A DNA stretch of 64,000 nt. Origin: Poseidonia sp. (GTDB taxonomy: Archaea > Thermoplasmatota > Poseidoniia > Poseidoniales > Poseidoniaceae). The notes beneath the pieces are model-generated. The model saw only the letters and a program-made list of their open reading frames with translations, was not told the origin of the DNA and searched no databases. Shown piece after piece: positions 9,299-18,847 of this stretch. The stretch's first letter is position 1; the number at the start of each line of letters is the position of its first letter. Made by a program: the position numbers and the translations under genes. The DNA lies in assembly GCA_049412325.1 (NCBI GenBank), contig JBMSEL010000007.1, positions 4,626 through 68,625 of the forward strand, written 5' to 3'.

Positions 9299-11323
9299 AT
9301 GACGATGATTCACATCACGTTGCCGGATGGTACGGTGAACGAATACGCCGCTGGCATCACCTGCGCCGATGTCATCACCGATGCGTTGGGCAAGAAACAC
9401 GGCTGCCTCGCCGCCAAAGTCGACGGGCAAGAATGCGATTTGTCCACGATCTTGAACGACAACTGCTCCGTGGAAGGAATCCTCTCCGAATCCGACGAAG
9501 GCATGCACATCCTCCGACACTCGGCCGCCCACTTGCTCGCTCAAGCGGTGATGGCGCTCTATCCGGGTGCCTTGCCCACGATTGGCCCGGCCATTGACCG
9601 AGGCTTCTACTACGATTTTGCCATGGAGCCCATCACCGAAGGCGATTTGAAAACCATCGAGAAGAAAATGCAAGAGATCGCTCGGCGAAACCTGACGGTT
9701 GAGCGGGTTGAGCTCGACCAAACAACGCTCCGGGAGCACTTTGAATCCAATCCATACAAACTCGAAATCATCGACGACAAGCTGGAAGCCGGCGACGGTT
9801 CAACCATCTACAAACAAGGCGAGTGGTACGACCTGTGCCTCGGCCCCCACGTGCCAAGCACGGCCAAACTGATGTTTGTCCGATTGACATCCGTATCCAC
9901 GGCGTACTGGCGAGGCGACCAAGATCGCGAGCAGTTGGTTCGAATCTACGGCATGGTCGAGCCGACCAAAGAGGCTCTCAAAGCAACGATGACACGCATG
10001 GAGGAAGCCAAGAAGCGCGACCATCGTAAGCTGGGCAAGGACCTGCAACTCTTCCACATCGACGAAGAAGTTGGCCAGGGGCTCATCCTGTGGACGCCTC
10101 GTGGCGCCATCGTTCGTCAAGAACTGCAGGATTTCATCTCCTACCACCTCCGAAGGCAAGGCTATTCACAAGTATTCACGCCTCACATCGGAAAGTTGGA
10201 CCTTTACCGAACATCCGGCCATTTCCCCTATTACCAGGATTCGCAATATCCACCACTCGTTGAGCGCGACCTGATGAAGAAACTCGCTGATGAAGGATGC
10301 ACGTGCGGCGAACTCTCCAACATGATGAAAGTCGGTGAAATCGATGGCTACATGCTCAAACCGATGAATTGCCCGCATCACGTGAAAATTTACGCCAGCC
10401 AAGCGCGCTCCTATCGCAACCTTCCGTTGCGCCTTGCTGAATTCGGTACCGTGTATCGATGGGAACAATCCGGAGAGATTTCAGGAATGACCCGCGTGCG
10501 AGGCTTCACACAAGACGACGCCCATTTGTTCGTCACCGAGGACCAGCTCGCTGACGAGGTGCTCGGCTGCATTGAACTCGTGCAGATCATCTTCGACAAA
10601 CTCGGCATGGAAGACTACCGTGTTCGAGTGGGTCTTCGAGACCCGGACTCCTCCAAGTACGTTGGCGACCCTCAGCGCTGGGACAAGGCCGAGGAAGCCT
10701 GCAGGGCAGCCGCTGAATCTCTCGGGGTGCCGTGGTCGGAGGAAGAAGGTGAAGCGGCCTTTTACGGGCCAAAAATCGACTTCGTCGTGAAGGATGTGAT
10801 CGGTCGTGAATGGCAACTGGGAACCGTTCAGGTGGATTACAACCTTCCCGAGCGGTTTGACTTGACCTACAAGGGCCGAGACGGAGAACTCCATCGCCCG
10901 GTCATGATTCATCGTGCTCCGTTCGGCTCGATGGAGCGGTTCTGCGGCGTCCTCATCGAACACTTTGCCGGTCGCTTCCCGACTTGGCTCACACCAACGC
11001 AATGTCATGTCATCACCATCCGCGAAGAGCACGCCGAATACGCTGGCCGGGTTGCTGATGGCTTGCGTGAAGCAGGTGTTCGGGTTGAACTCGACGATTC
11101 AGACAACAACATCATGAAGAAAATCAGAAACCATCGTAAACTCCAACCCGCCTACCTCATCATCCTCGGCGATGAAGAAGTCCAGCAAGAAACGGTCAGC
11201 CTTCGAGCCAGAAACGGCGATCAAACCGCTGGCATTCCCTTGGCGACCTTCATTGAAGACATCGCTCGCGAGATCAGCGACAAAACACCTCAGCCTTCCC
11301 TTGTTCCCCCGTCAACCGAGTGA
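9299..11323 (+). CDS. thrS: Threonine--tRNA ligase (bacterial type, with TGS and editing domains)
   Basis: ITLPDG TGS start, HSAAHLLAQAV and DLCLGPH editing motifs, RDHRKLG, KPMNCPHH, RVRGFTQDDAH, AFYGPKID and HRAPFGSMERF. Confidence 0.97.
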   Translation: MTMIHITLPDGTVNEYAAGITCADVITDALGKKHGCLAAKVDGQECDLSTILNDNCSVEGILSESDEGMHILRHSAAHLLAQAVMALYPGALPTIGPAIDRGFYYDFAMEPITEGDLKTIEKKMQEIARRNLTVERVELDQTTLREHFESNPYKLEIIDDKLEAGDGSTIYKQGEWYDLCLGPHVPSTAKLMFVRLTSVSTAYWRGDQDREQLVRIYGMVEPTKEALKATMTRMEEAKKRDHRKLGKDLQLFHIDEEVGQGLILWTPRGAIVRQELQDFISYHLRRQGYSQVFTPHIGKLDLYRTSGHFPYYQDSQYPPLVERDLMKKLADEGCTCGELSNMMKVGEIDGYMLKPMNCPHHVKIYASQARSYRNLPLRLAEFGTVYRWEQSGEISGMTRVRGFTQDDAHLFVTEDQLADEVLGCIELVQIIFDKLGMEDYRVRVGLRDPDSSKYVGDPQRWDKAEEACRAAAESLGVPWSEEEGEAAFYGPKIDFVVKDVIGREWQLGTVQVDYNLPERFDLTYKGRDGELHRPVMIHRAPFGSMERFCGVLIEHFAGRFPTWLTPTQCHVITIREEHAEYAGRVADGLREAGVRVELDDSDNNIMKKIRNHRKLQPAYLIILGDEEVQQETVSLRARNGDQTAGIPLATFIEDIAREISDKTPQPSLVPPSTE

Positions 11324-11329
11324 GGTAGC

Positions 11330-13858
11330 ATGACATCACCGTCCATCATCCACGCTTACGATGGCGACATGGTCGGGCCCCTGCTCCTCGCCATCCTCAC
11401 TGCGGCCTTCTTTTGGAGGAACGTGGTTCCACGGCAACTGAAAGGGTTGCAAGTCGCGTTTCCCACCGGGCCTCGAACCTACGAAGTGCACAAGGTTACA
11501 GCCACGTTGGACGACGTGCGCAAATTGTTGGGTCGCCGAGGGACGCGCTTAGGCGTCATCTCCTACTTGATGGCCCTGACCGGGTCGCTGGTGTTGTTGT
11601 TTGAATTCCTCAATTTTCGAGCAGGTAACTCAGCAGGTTACCATGCGCCCTCGGTCATGTTCGCGTTGGTGCTCATCGTCATCCCCGCTATCGTTTCAAG
11701 TGGGACCTCCCTGGGCGCTCAAATCATCAAACCTCACGGCGTGAGCAGGGCGTCCCTCCAAAGCAACTCCACCCTTCGAAACGCCTCCTACTTCGCCCTC
11801 ACCTTGGCGTGGTTATTGCTCGCCATGGGGGTTGGCGTCATGATGATGACACGCAACGTGTCAAGCACCACCCTCTACAGCACCATGGCCCTTGTTGCCT
11901 TCAGTCCAGCCATTCTCGCCTACGGCCGAGTGCTCGGTTCGTCGTGGCACGCCCTGAAACAGTCGTCTGAACAAATTGCCAAGGGACGGGCTTCACCGTT
12001 CCACAACCATCTCCCGAACGCCCGACAGCAATTCATCGCTCAAGTGGTTCACCTCAACTTGGTGGTGATGCCGTTTGTGGCTGCCAACACCGTCCTCTCG
12101 CTGATTCTTTTGGCGTACAATCCGGACATGTTTGTGCATTCAGACCGCGTGCTGAATCTCCCTGAATACCGCCTTCAATCCACCTACATGGAAGAAGGCG
12201 GACTGCTCGGGTTTGGTCTGATTGAGTTGTTCTCTCATATCCCACAAGCAGGCATTCGTGTACCCATCGTCACCACCTTGCTGTTGTTCCTCTTGCTCAA
12301 CGTCGCCGCCATCGGTTTCCTCTTCGTTTACGAAGTGGCTCGCATCTTGTTCCTCGATATCCAGGATGTTTCCGGACGTGGCGGCATCCGACTGGCTGAC
12401 AGTCGGTTGCTCCGTGCCGAGCCCATCCAGCAAGCCCACGTGCTCAACTTCTGCTTCACGGGTTTCGCCGGCCAGTCCATGTTGTTGCTCGCTCTGGCGA
12501 TGATCACCTTCTGGGACTCCAGTTTCCTGCCTCAGGGCGCACAGTGCGGTAAGTGGGAGGCCGATGTCTGTGCGGTCTTGGAAAAAGACATGCTCGAACA
12601 ATTGACGTGGATGCTGGCATCGGCCGGTCAAGTGGCGTTCTTGGTGGTGTGGGGTCTGTCTCGGAGCCGATCCACGCAACTTGACGAAATCACGTTCGAC
12701 GCGTCAATGGATGAAGATCGAACCCGCCTGCGAGGCATGAGCGACATGATTTACCTCAAGCAGCGCCCTACTGCAGAACTGCTTGGCAACGATGATTGGA
12801 ACACCGCCATCGAACGCTACGAGGCTTCAACGCAGGGCCACGAAGCCATGCTGGTGGGGTTGGACATGATCCGCTCCACGCAAGCGAAGATGTTACTTCA
12901 TGTCGGTTTAGGTCGATGGGACGAAGCCGAAGAGATGGCTGTTGACCTTCTCGCCCTTCAAGGAGGGCGGGACGCCCAAACCGCACGGCTCGTGCTGTGC
13001 GCAGCCAGTCTGGCTCAACGAGACTACCAAGAGGCCATCCCCCGATTGGCGCTGCTCAACAACGACGATGTTGAGGCGGTTCGGTTGCGCTGGGTGGCCA
13101 GTCTTCTCACCGGCAAGCAGCACCTTGACCCAGACGGCCAATCCATGCTCAGCGTTGATCCACTTCGTAAAAACAACATTCGCCTGTTGAACGAATTCGA
13201 GCAAGGCGAGACCTCCTTGCGAAACACCCCCGTTCGCCAACCTGCTCAACGCAGCATGTACCTTGCCGAAATCGCCCGCTTGCGCATGATGGGTCGAAGC
13301 GAAGAAGCGCTCAATCACCTTGAGCGAACGATGAGCGCGCTGGATGATTCAGGATGGGTTCAGGGAAGGTTGGTGGAGGCCTTGTTAAATTTTGATGACG
13401 GACGCACGCTGACGGCCATCAACACCGTGAAAGAACTCGCGAAGAACCACCCTCGCCATCCTCACGTCAGGGCCGTACTTCACCAACTTGCGTTGCTCGG
13501 CAAGGCGACGCGCCCTCCTTCCGAACCCACCAACATTCACTGGATGCTCGAGCGGGAAACCGACTGGAGGCAGGCGTGGCCACTGCACAATGTGGCCGTC
13601 GCACCCGTCCTCGACACGCAAGAACTCAAGCAGCACGCCCTCAAGGCCAACGCATGGTCACTTCTCCTCAGTGGCCAAGGCGTAGGGAAACACGCTGGAA
13701 AGAAGGCGTACAAGCGGCTTCCCGATGAAGTGCCAATCGGCTTGTACACCCATCTCGGAGGCCTCACCATCACCATCGCCGGCATGCCGGTCGACCTTGG
13801 CCTCCCATCAGACATTGACATCGGTTCAGCACGGAAGCTCGGGTTGCTTGAGGCCTGA
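11330..13858 (+). CDS. Polytopic membrane protein with C-terminal TPR-like helical region
   Basis: About 9-10 hydrophobic segments in the first 450 aa, then helical TPR-like repeats (LGRWDEAEEMA, RDYQEAIPRL, GRSEEALNHL); GAGGT SD-like site upstream. Confidence 0.7.
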   Translation: MTSPSIIHAYDGDMVGPLLLAILTAAFFWRNVVPRQLKGLQVAFPTGPRTYEVHKVTATLDDVRKLLGRRGTRLGVISYLMALTGSLVLLFEFLNFRAGNSAGYHAPSVMFALVLIVIPAIVSSGTSLGAQIIKPHGVSRASLQSNSTLRNASYFALTLAWLLLAMGVGVMMMTRNVSSTTLYSTMALVAFSPAILAYGRVLGSSWHALKQSSEQIAKGRASPFHNHLPNARQQFIAQVVHLNLVVMPFVAANTVLSLILLAYNPDMFVHSDRVLNLPEYRLQSTYMEEGGLLGFGLIELFSHIPQAGIRVPIVTTLLLFLLLNVAAIGFLFVYEVARILFLDIQDVSGRGGIRLADSRLLRAEPIQQAHVLNFCFTGFAGQSMLLLALAMITFWDSSFLPQGAQCGKWEADVCAVLEKDMLEQLTWMLASAGQVAFLVVWGLSRSRSTQLDEITFDASMDEDRTRLRGMSDMIYLKQRPTAELLGNDDWNTAIERYEASTQGHEAMLVGLDMIRSTQAKMLLHVGLGRWDEAEEMAVDLLALQGGRDAQTARLVLCAASLAQRDYQEAIPRLALLNNDDVEAVRLRWVASLLTGKQHLDPDGQSMLSVDPLRKNNIRLLNEFEQGETSLRNTPVRQPAQRSMYLAEIARLRMMGRSEEALNHLERTMSALDDSGWVQGRLVEALLNFDDGRTLTAINTVKELAKNHPRHPHVRAVLHQLALLGKATRPPSEPTNIHWMLERETDWRQAWPLHNVAVAPVLDTQELKQHALKANAWSLLLSGQGVGKHAGKKAYKRLPDEVPIGLYTHLGGLTITIAGMPVDLGLPSDIDIGSARKLGLLEA

Positions 13859-15616
13859 TCAGATACGACGACGCAAGCGTTCCATCGCCCCGTCAGCGAC
13901 GCCCAAGGCCTCCAATGCTTCCTCGAGGCGTGCCACGGAGAGGTGATCCTCTGCCAAGGCCACCGCCTCTTCAACGGCGCGGCGGTCTTCGTCCGTGGCC
14001 TTGATGTGGGCGGCCTCGCACTGATTGCGAAGCACGGCCCATTGCTGCGCCACGAAGTCGTAGAGTTCCTTTGCTTCCTCGGCGGCATGGCCTTCCCGGT
14101 CCAAAGCCGTGGTCATCTGCTCCAGCAACATCGCAGCATGACTCCAAATTCGGTCGTCAGCAGCGGCGACAATGTCGACCAGCATCGCTTCCCAGCGGTC
14201 CTTGTCATCCCGCCCTTCGTAGCGTTGCTTGAGTTTCTTTTTCTGCTTCAGTGCACGCAACACGTCATCCATCGCCGCCCGCTCACGCTCAAGTGTTCGT
14301 ACCACTCCGTCTGCCAACCCGATGGCTTGACTGGCATTACCACTGGCGAGGGCCTGCGAGGCCTGTTCCAATCGCATTTCCATGTCCGACGTGTCAAGGC
14401 CATCGCTCTGTTCAACACTGCGATGTGCCTCCTCAACCGACCGTTCAGCCCGCTCGATGGCATCGGCATCGGCTTCCAATTGCGGAAGAATCACGATGGC
14501 GATTTCGTAGGCCTCTTTTGGTTGCTCTTTGGCGAGATGCGCCTTCGCCTCTGCCAACATCTCTCGAAGTTGTTTGGCACCCGCGCCGCTCTTGCCGTCC
14601 AACGCCCGTGTGGCTTCCGTGATGGCTTCCTCGGCCTTGGCCCACCACGAAATGGTCTCAGAAGCACGCTTCTTGGCCTGGCGATAGAGTTGCTCACCTT
14701 CCCGAAGCGACCCGAGTTTCACCTCGCGCTCGCCCATCTCGTAGGCTTTCCGAGGGCGTTTCACCGTGGGTGCAATGGCTTCGGCTTGTTCAACCGCTGT
14801 CAAGGCGTCTTGACGGATGATTTCAACATCATCGGCGAAGGAAAGAGCACGTTCCATGTCCTCCTCGCTTTCATCGAGCAGACGCATGCCATAATCAGGG
14901 TCGAGATGACCCTCTTCCTTTGCCGTGGTCAACAAGCTGGCTGCCTGGGCAACAGCGGCCCCTTGGGCCTTGAGTTCCAACAATCGGGTTTCCAGACGAT
15001 CAAGGCGCTGCCTGAATCGCTTTCGTTCAACCTTCTGGTCGTCGCCTACCGTCCAAGTGTAGGTGGTGTCGGCCACCGCCACGGCACATACACCAAGCGC
15101 CAGCAACATCGGCGGCTCGGCGTACGCCTCTCCGGAGGTGAGCGTGAGGGCCAAGGCAGAGAGTGTGCCAATGCCGGTCAGGATGGCTCGATAGCGGAGG
15201 ACGCCGAAATGACCGCGCATTGTGCGATGGGAAAGGTGCCTGCACATCACACCGGAAATGAAGATCAATCCGCTACCGGCCATCGTAGCAACCTCGCCTT
15301 CAAACCCAAGTCCGCCAAGGCACATCAAGAGTGGCCAGGCGACTGAAGTCGCTGAAGCCACTCGGGAACGGGCTGCACCGTCATCGAGGGTCAAGTCCTG
15401 AACGAAAATACCCCAAATGAGCACGAGGAGCGGCGCTCCAAAGCTCGCAAGCACCACGCCGTCCCCGTTGCTCAATCCTCGTATAGAGGGCCAAGCAAGC
15501 CACACGGCACAGAGCAGGAGAGAGAGCGCCGACACCAGGGTGGCATTTTCCACACGCTTGATGCGTAAGGCCCGCTCGGCTTCAACGGCTGCATCTGCAT
15601 CCGCCCACGTGACCAT
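13859..15616 (-). CDS. Membrane protein with 6 N-terminal TM helices and a long Ala/Glu-rich helical-repeat C-terminus
   Basis: Hydrophobic N-terminal 190 aa followed by amphipathic helical repeats; converges on the previous gene. Confidence 0.7.
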   Translation of the reverse strand: MVTWADADAAVEAERALRIKRVENATLVSALSLLLCAVWLAWPSIRGLSNGDGVVLASFGAPLLVLIWGIFVQDLTLDDGAARSRVASATSVAWPLLMCLGGLGFEGEVATMAGSGLIFISGVMCRHLSHRTMRGHFGVLRYRAILTGIGTLSALALTLTSGEAYAEPPMLLALGVCAVAVADTTYTWTVGDDQKVERKRFRQRLDRLETRLLELKAQGAAVAQAASLLTTAKEEGHLDPDYGMRLLDESEEDMERALSFADDVEIIRQDALTAVEQAEAIAPTVKRPRKAYEMGEREVKLGSLREGEQLYRQAKKRASETISWWAKAEEAITEATRALDGKSGAGAKQLREMLAEAKAHLAKEQPKEAYEIAIVILPQLEADADAIERAERSVEEAHRSVEQSDGLDTSDMEMRLEQASQALASGNASQAIGLADGVVRTLERERAAMDDVLRALKQKKKLKQRYEGRDDKDRWEAMLVDIVAAADDRIWSHAAMLLEQMTTALDREGHAAEEAKELYDFVAQQWAVLRNQCEAAHIKATDEDRRAVEEAVALAEDHLSVARLEEALEALGVADGAMERLRRRI

Positions 15617-15744
15617 AAAGAGCGCTCACCATGATTCCCCCATAATCACTCCGCTAACCTGTCCGACCGTGAGCGACACTCAAGGCAAACCAGCGGCAAG
15701 GTTCAAGGGTGTTATCGGGTTGTATTCTCAACCGAGGGAACACG

Positions 15745-16686
15745 ATGCCGGGACTCATTACCATGGATGACTTATCCAACGAAGACATCTTGAGCATTCT
15801 TGACGATGCTGAGCGCCTGCTGCCCGTGGCCAAAGGCGAGCACTATCTTCCCCTCCTCCAAGGGAAAATCCTCGGCAACCTGTTCTTCGAACCCAGCACC
15901 CGCACACGTATGTCCTTTGAAACGGCCATGAAGCGCTTGGGCGGCGATGTTGTGAACCTGGGTGATGTCAAGACATCGTCGGTGGTCAAAGGCGAAACGC
16001 TGTTTGATACCATCCAAATGGTGGACGGCTACACCGACATTATCGCCATGCGCCACCCGCGTCAAGGGGCTGCGCAATACGCACAGGATGCTGCTCGCGT
16101 CCCCATCCTCAACGGAGGAGACGGCGCAGGCCACCACCCCACGCAAACCATGCTCGACCTGTTCACGATTCGCCAAGCCCACGGCCGCCTTGAGGGGCTG
16201 AAAGTCATCCTCGCCGGAGATTTGCGCTACGGGAGAACCGTCCACTCCCTGAGTCACGCACTGACCCGTTTCGGATGCGAACTCATCTTTGCCAGCCCCG
16301 AACTGCTCAAAATGCCTCGAGAGATTGTTTCGGACCTCACAGCCCATGGCGCCAATGTCACCGAAACCGATGACCTGCTTGGCTCCATTGCGTCGGCCGA
16401 CGTGGTCTACATGACCCGTATCCAAAAGGAACGTTTTGCTGACGAAGACGAATACGCCAAGGTAGCGGGCGCCTACAAACTCCACGCCTCAAACCTTGAG
16501 GGGTCAAAAGAGAGCATGATCATCATGCACCCGCTTCCCCGAGTGGACGAAATTCACCCCTCCGTTGACGCCACCCGGCATGCACGCTATTTCGAACAGG
16601 CCTTCAACGGCGTCGTGGCCCGAATGGCGTTGCTCTGCAGGCTGCTGAACGTGGAAGTCCCTGCCACCGTAGGAGGTGAGGCCTGA
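15745..16686 (+). CDS. pyrB: Aspartate carbamoyltransferase, catalytic subunit
   Basis: FFEPSTRTRMSFE, HPTQTMLDL, GDLRYGRTVHSL and MHPLPRVDEI motifs. Confidence 0.98.
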   Translation: MPGLITMDDLSNEDILSILDDAERLLPVAKGEHYLPLLQGKILGNLFFEPSTRTRMSFETAMKRLGGDVVNLGDVKTSSVVKGETLFDTIQMVDGYTDIIAMRHPRQGAAQYAQDAARVPILNGGDGAGHHPTQTMLDLFTIRQAHGRLEGLKVILAGDLRYGRTVHSLSHALTRFGCELIFASPELLKMPREIVSDLTAHGANVTETDDLLGSIASADVVYMTRIQKERFADEDEYAKVAGAYKLHASNLEGSKESMIIMHPLPRVDEIHPSVDATRHARYFEQAFNGVVARMALLCRLLNVEVPATVGGEA

Positions 16687-17162
16687 TGTCTCAAGAACAC
16701 AACATGCGCCGTGTGACGGCCATTCGAAACGGCACCGTCATCGACCACATTCCTGCCGGACAAGCCATGCGTGTGCTGGAGATGCTCGGCATCAACAAAG
16801 GCACCTCCGTCCCCGTGTCGCTGGTCATGAACGTCCCCTCCAAGAAAAAAGGAACCAAGGACATCATCAAGGTCGAGGACCGGGAACTCAACCAAGACGA
16901 ACTCAACCGACTGGCCTTGGTGGCTCCTGACGCTCACGTCGCCATCATCCGTGCTTACATCGTCGCCGAGAAGTTGACCATTGAATTGGGTGATGAGATC
17001 AACAACGTGGTTCGTTGCACCTTTTCCAACTGCATAACAACCAACCCACGTGAACCTCTCGCTCATCGCCTCAAGGTCATGAGCAGGGTCCCCCTGGAGC
17101 TGCGCTGCCACTATTGTGGACGACCTCAAGACCTTGACAAATTGGTTCACAACGTGCTCTGA
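16686..17162 (+). CDS. pyrI: Aspartate carbamoyltransferase, regulatory subunit
   Basis: IRNGTVIDHIPAG, KDIIKVE and C-terminal CTFSNC...CHYC Zn site; TGATG overlap with pyrB and a GGAGGTGA SD site. Confidence 0.97.
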   Translation: MSQEHNMRRVTAIRNGTVIDHIPAGQAMRVLEMLGINKGTSVPVSLVMNVPSKKKGTKDIIKVEDRELNQDELNRLALVAPDAHVAIIRAYIVAEKLTIELGDEINNVVRCTFSNCITTNPREPLAHRLKVMSRVPLELRCHYCGRPQDLDKLVHNVL

Positions 17163-17165
17163 TGG

Positions 17166-18170
17166 TCATTCAACCCCGAGCAAGTCCCGCATATCACAGG
17201 CCTTGCATTGGGCTGCTGAAGTTGGGCTACCGCAACGAAGGCAAGGCGTTGGTGGAGCAGGCCGACCTTCGTCACCACCTAAGGCTACGACCTGATCCCT
17301 CAGTCCTTTGATTTGATCGGCCATTCGAACCAGACCATGTCGGGTGCCGGGCACATCCGCCTCCATGTGGGCCACCATTTCTCGGTGTCGCCACCGAAGA
17401 GCACCACGAGCGTTGGGGCACTCCTCATGGTGCATAGGGAGGGATTTGTGCAAGGCGTAGAGGTGGATTTCCTGTTCAGGAACCCAGCGCAACGGAACAA
17501 TTCTCGGCGCAAGACCGTCAACGGGCGTGGCCGTGTGTGGCGCGAGACGAAGGGTACGCTCAAGATCGGCGTTGGCCATGTTCATGAGAACGGTTTGGGC
17601 CATATCATCCAGATTGTGGCCCAAAGCGATGACATCAGCACCGACCTTGGTCGCAAGATGGTTGATGCCCTGTCGACGAAAGACGCCGCAATACGAGCAA
17701 GCCATGCGGGGCGCATCGTTGTCTTTGGCCATCACCATCGGCAGGCGTTGCACGACTTCGTCAATCTCAATAAACGATAATTCAGGGTACGTCACCACGT
17801 GATGTTCAACGCCCAACTGATTGCACAACGCTGCTGCACACTCAATTGATGGTGGCCGATAACCCTCAATGCCTTCGTCAACGGTTCCTGCGATGATGGT
17901 CACGTCTCGGCGCTTGCCCACCAAATCCACGATGGCATCGAGAAGCACAGCGGAGTCCTTGCCGCCGGAAACGGCCACGAGGATGGTCGTATGCTCGCCC
18001 TTCACCAGCGGAAGTTGGAGTCGGAGTTCCTTGCTGATCTTTTTCCTCACAGACTTCGCCAGGTGCTTTCCACAGAGGATTCTTCCTGAGTAGGCTTGTT
18101 CGACCACAGCGGGCTTGTCACAGGCATCGCAACGAGGCACAGCAAACAAGGCGCTCGGCGATTCCCCCAT
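17166..18170 (-). CDS. tRNA 2-thiolation protein (TtuA/NcsA/Ctu1 family, PP-loop)
   Basis: N-terminal CDAC...CGKH, SGGKDS PP-loop, CSYCGVFRR, GHNLDD and C-terminal CLRC...CKAC zinc fingers. Confidence 0.9.
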   Translation of the reverse strand: MGESPSALFAVPRCDACDKPAVVEQAYSGRILCGKHLAKSVRKKISKELRLQLPLVKGEHTTILVAVSGGKDSAVLLDAIVDLVGKRRDVTIIAGTVDEGIEGYRPPSIECAAALCNQLGVEHHVVTYPELSFIEIDEVVQRLPMVMAKDNDAPRMACSYCGVFRRQGINHLATKVGADVIALGHNLDDMAQTVLMNMANADLERTLRLAPHTATPVDGLAPRIVPLRWVPEQEIHLYALHKSLPMHHEECPNARGALRWRHREMVAHMEADVPGTRHGLVRMADQIKGLRDQVVALGGDEGRPAPPTPCLRCGSPTSAAQCKACDMRDLLGVE

Positions 18171-18194
18171 GATGTGGCGTGCATGGGATGAGGT

Positions 18195-18430
18195 TTGAAC
18201 TCAACGGAAAAGGATGAGGGGTCACCGGCGTTGAAATCCACTGAAAAAAATGTTGAATATTACAGTTGAAGAATTAAATTTGCAATTGAAATATTTTATC
18301 AGACATGGCCGCCCAATCCTCTACCGTTCTCGCCGTGTTTGACCAAAATCCCGCGCACTGAAGGCGATTCACGCACATCATGGCAACGACAAAAAATCTG
18401 CATTTCCAGTTGGAAAATGAGAAAGGGTGC
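18195..18430. other. Candidate replication origin (AT-rich DUE with ORB/mini-ORB-like boxes)
   Basis: Most AT-rich stretch I noticed in the window (18241-18300), containing TTACAGTTGAA (18260-18270) and TTGCAATTGAAAT (18280-18292); dyad TTTCCAGTTGGAAA followed by GAGAAAGGG (18403-18427). Confidence 0.45.
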
Positions 18431-18505
18431 CCAAACCTGCAAAATCCGACGCTCAAGCGCAAAACTTCTTGAAGGCTACAGCGGTGTCTGTGGGATTGAG
18501 CACCC

Positions 18506-18847
18506 ATGCTACAGCGCTTGTTGAAGGAATTCTTGAACGTCGGAGGGGTGGAACAGGCCACCGCCATCGACGACCGGGGGCGATTGCTCGCCAGCGTTGG
18601 AACAGAGGGCCAACTCCCTCTCACTCAGCGTGCCGTGGACATCACGGTCGCCGCCCTTGATGTGGCACAAGCCAGCGATTTAGGCGAACTCCAAGAAGTC
18701 TGGATCGAAGGCCAAACCACGACTTGCATCGACATTGTAACTCCCTATCGCATCCTGATGTTGTCAGGAGGCAAGAGCAACATTGCTCGCTGGCGCCACA
18801 GCGTTGACCGATTGCGTCGACAACTGGCCACAACCCATGAATTGTAG
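18506..18847 (+). CDS. Roadblock/LC7 (MglB-like) protein
   Basis: 113 aa with the roadblock pattern: helix, GVEQATAIDDRGRLLAS, helix, LGELQEVWIEG, strands, terminal helix. Confidence 0.75.
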   Translation: MLQRLLKEFLNVGGVEQATAIDDRGRLLASVGTEGQLPLTQRAVDITVAALDVAQASDLGELQEVWIEGQTTTCIDIVTPYRILMLSGGKSNIARWRHSVDRLRRQLATTHEL

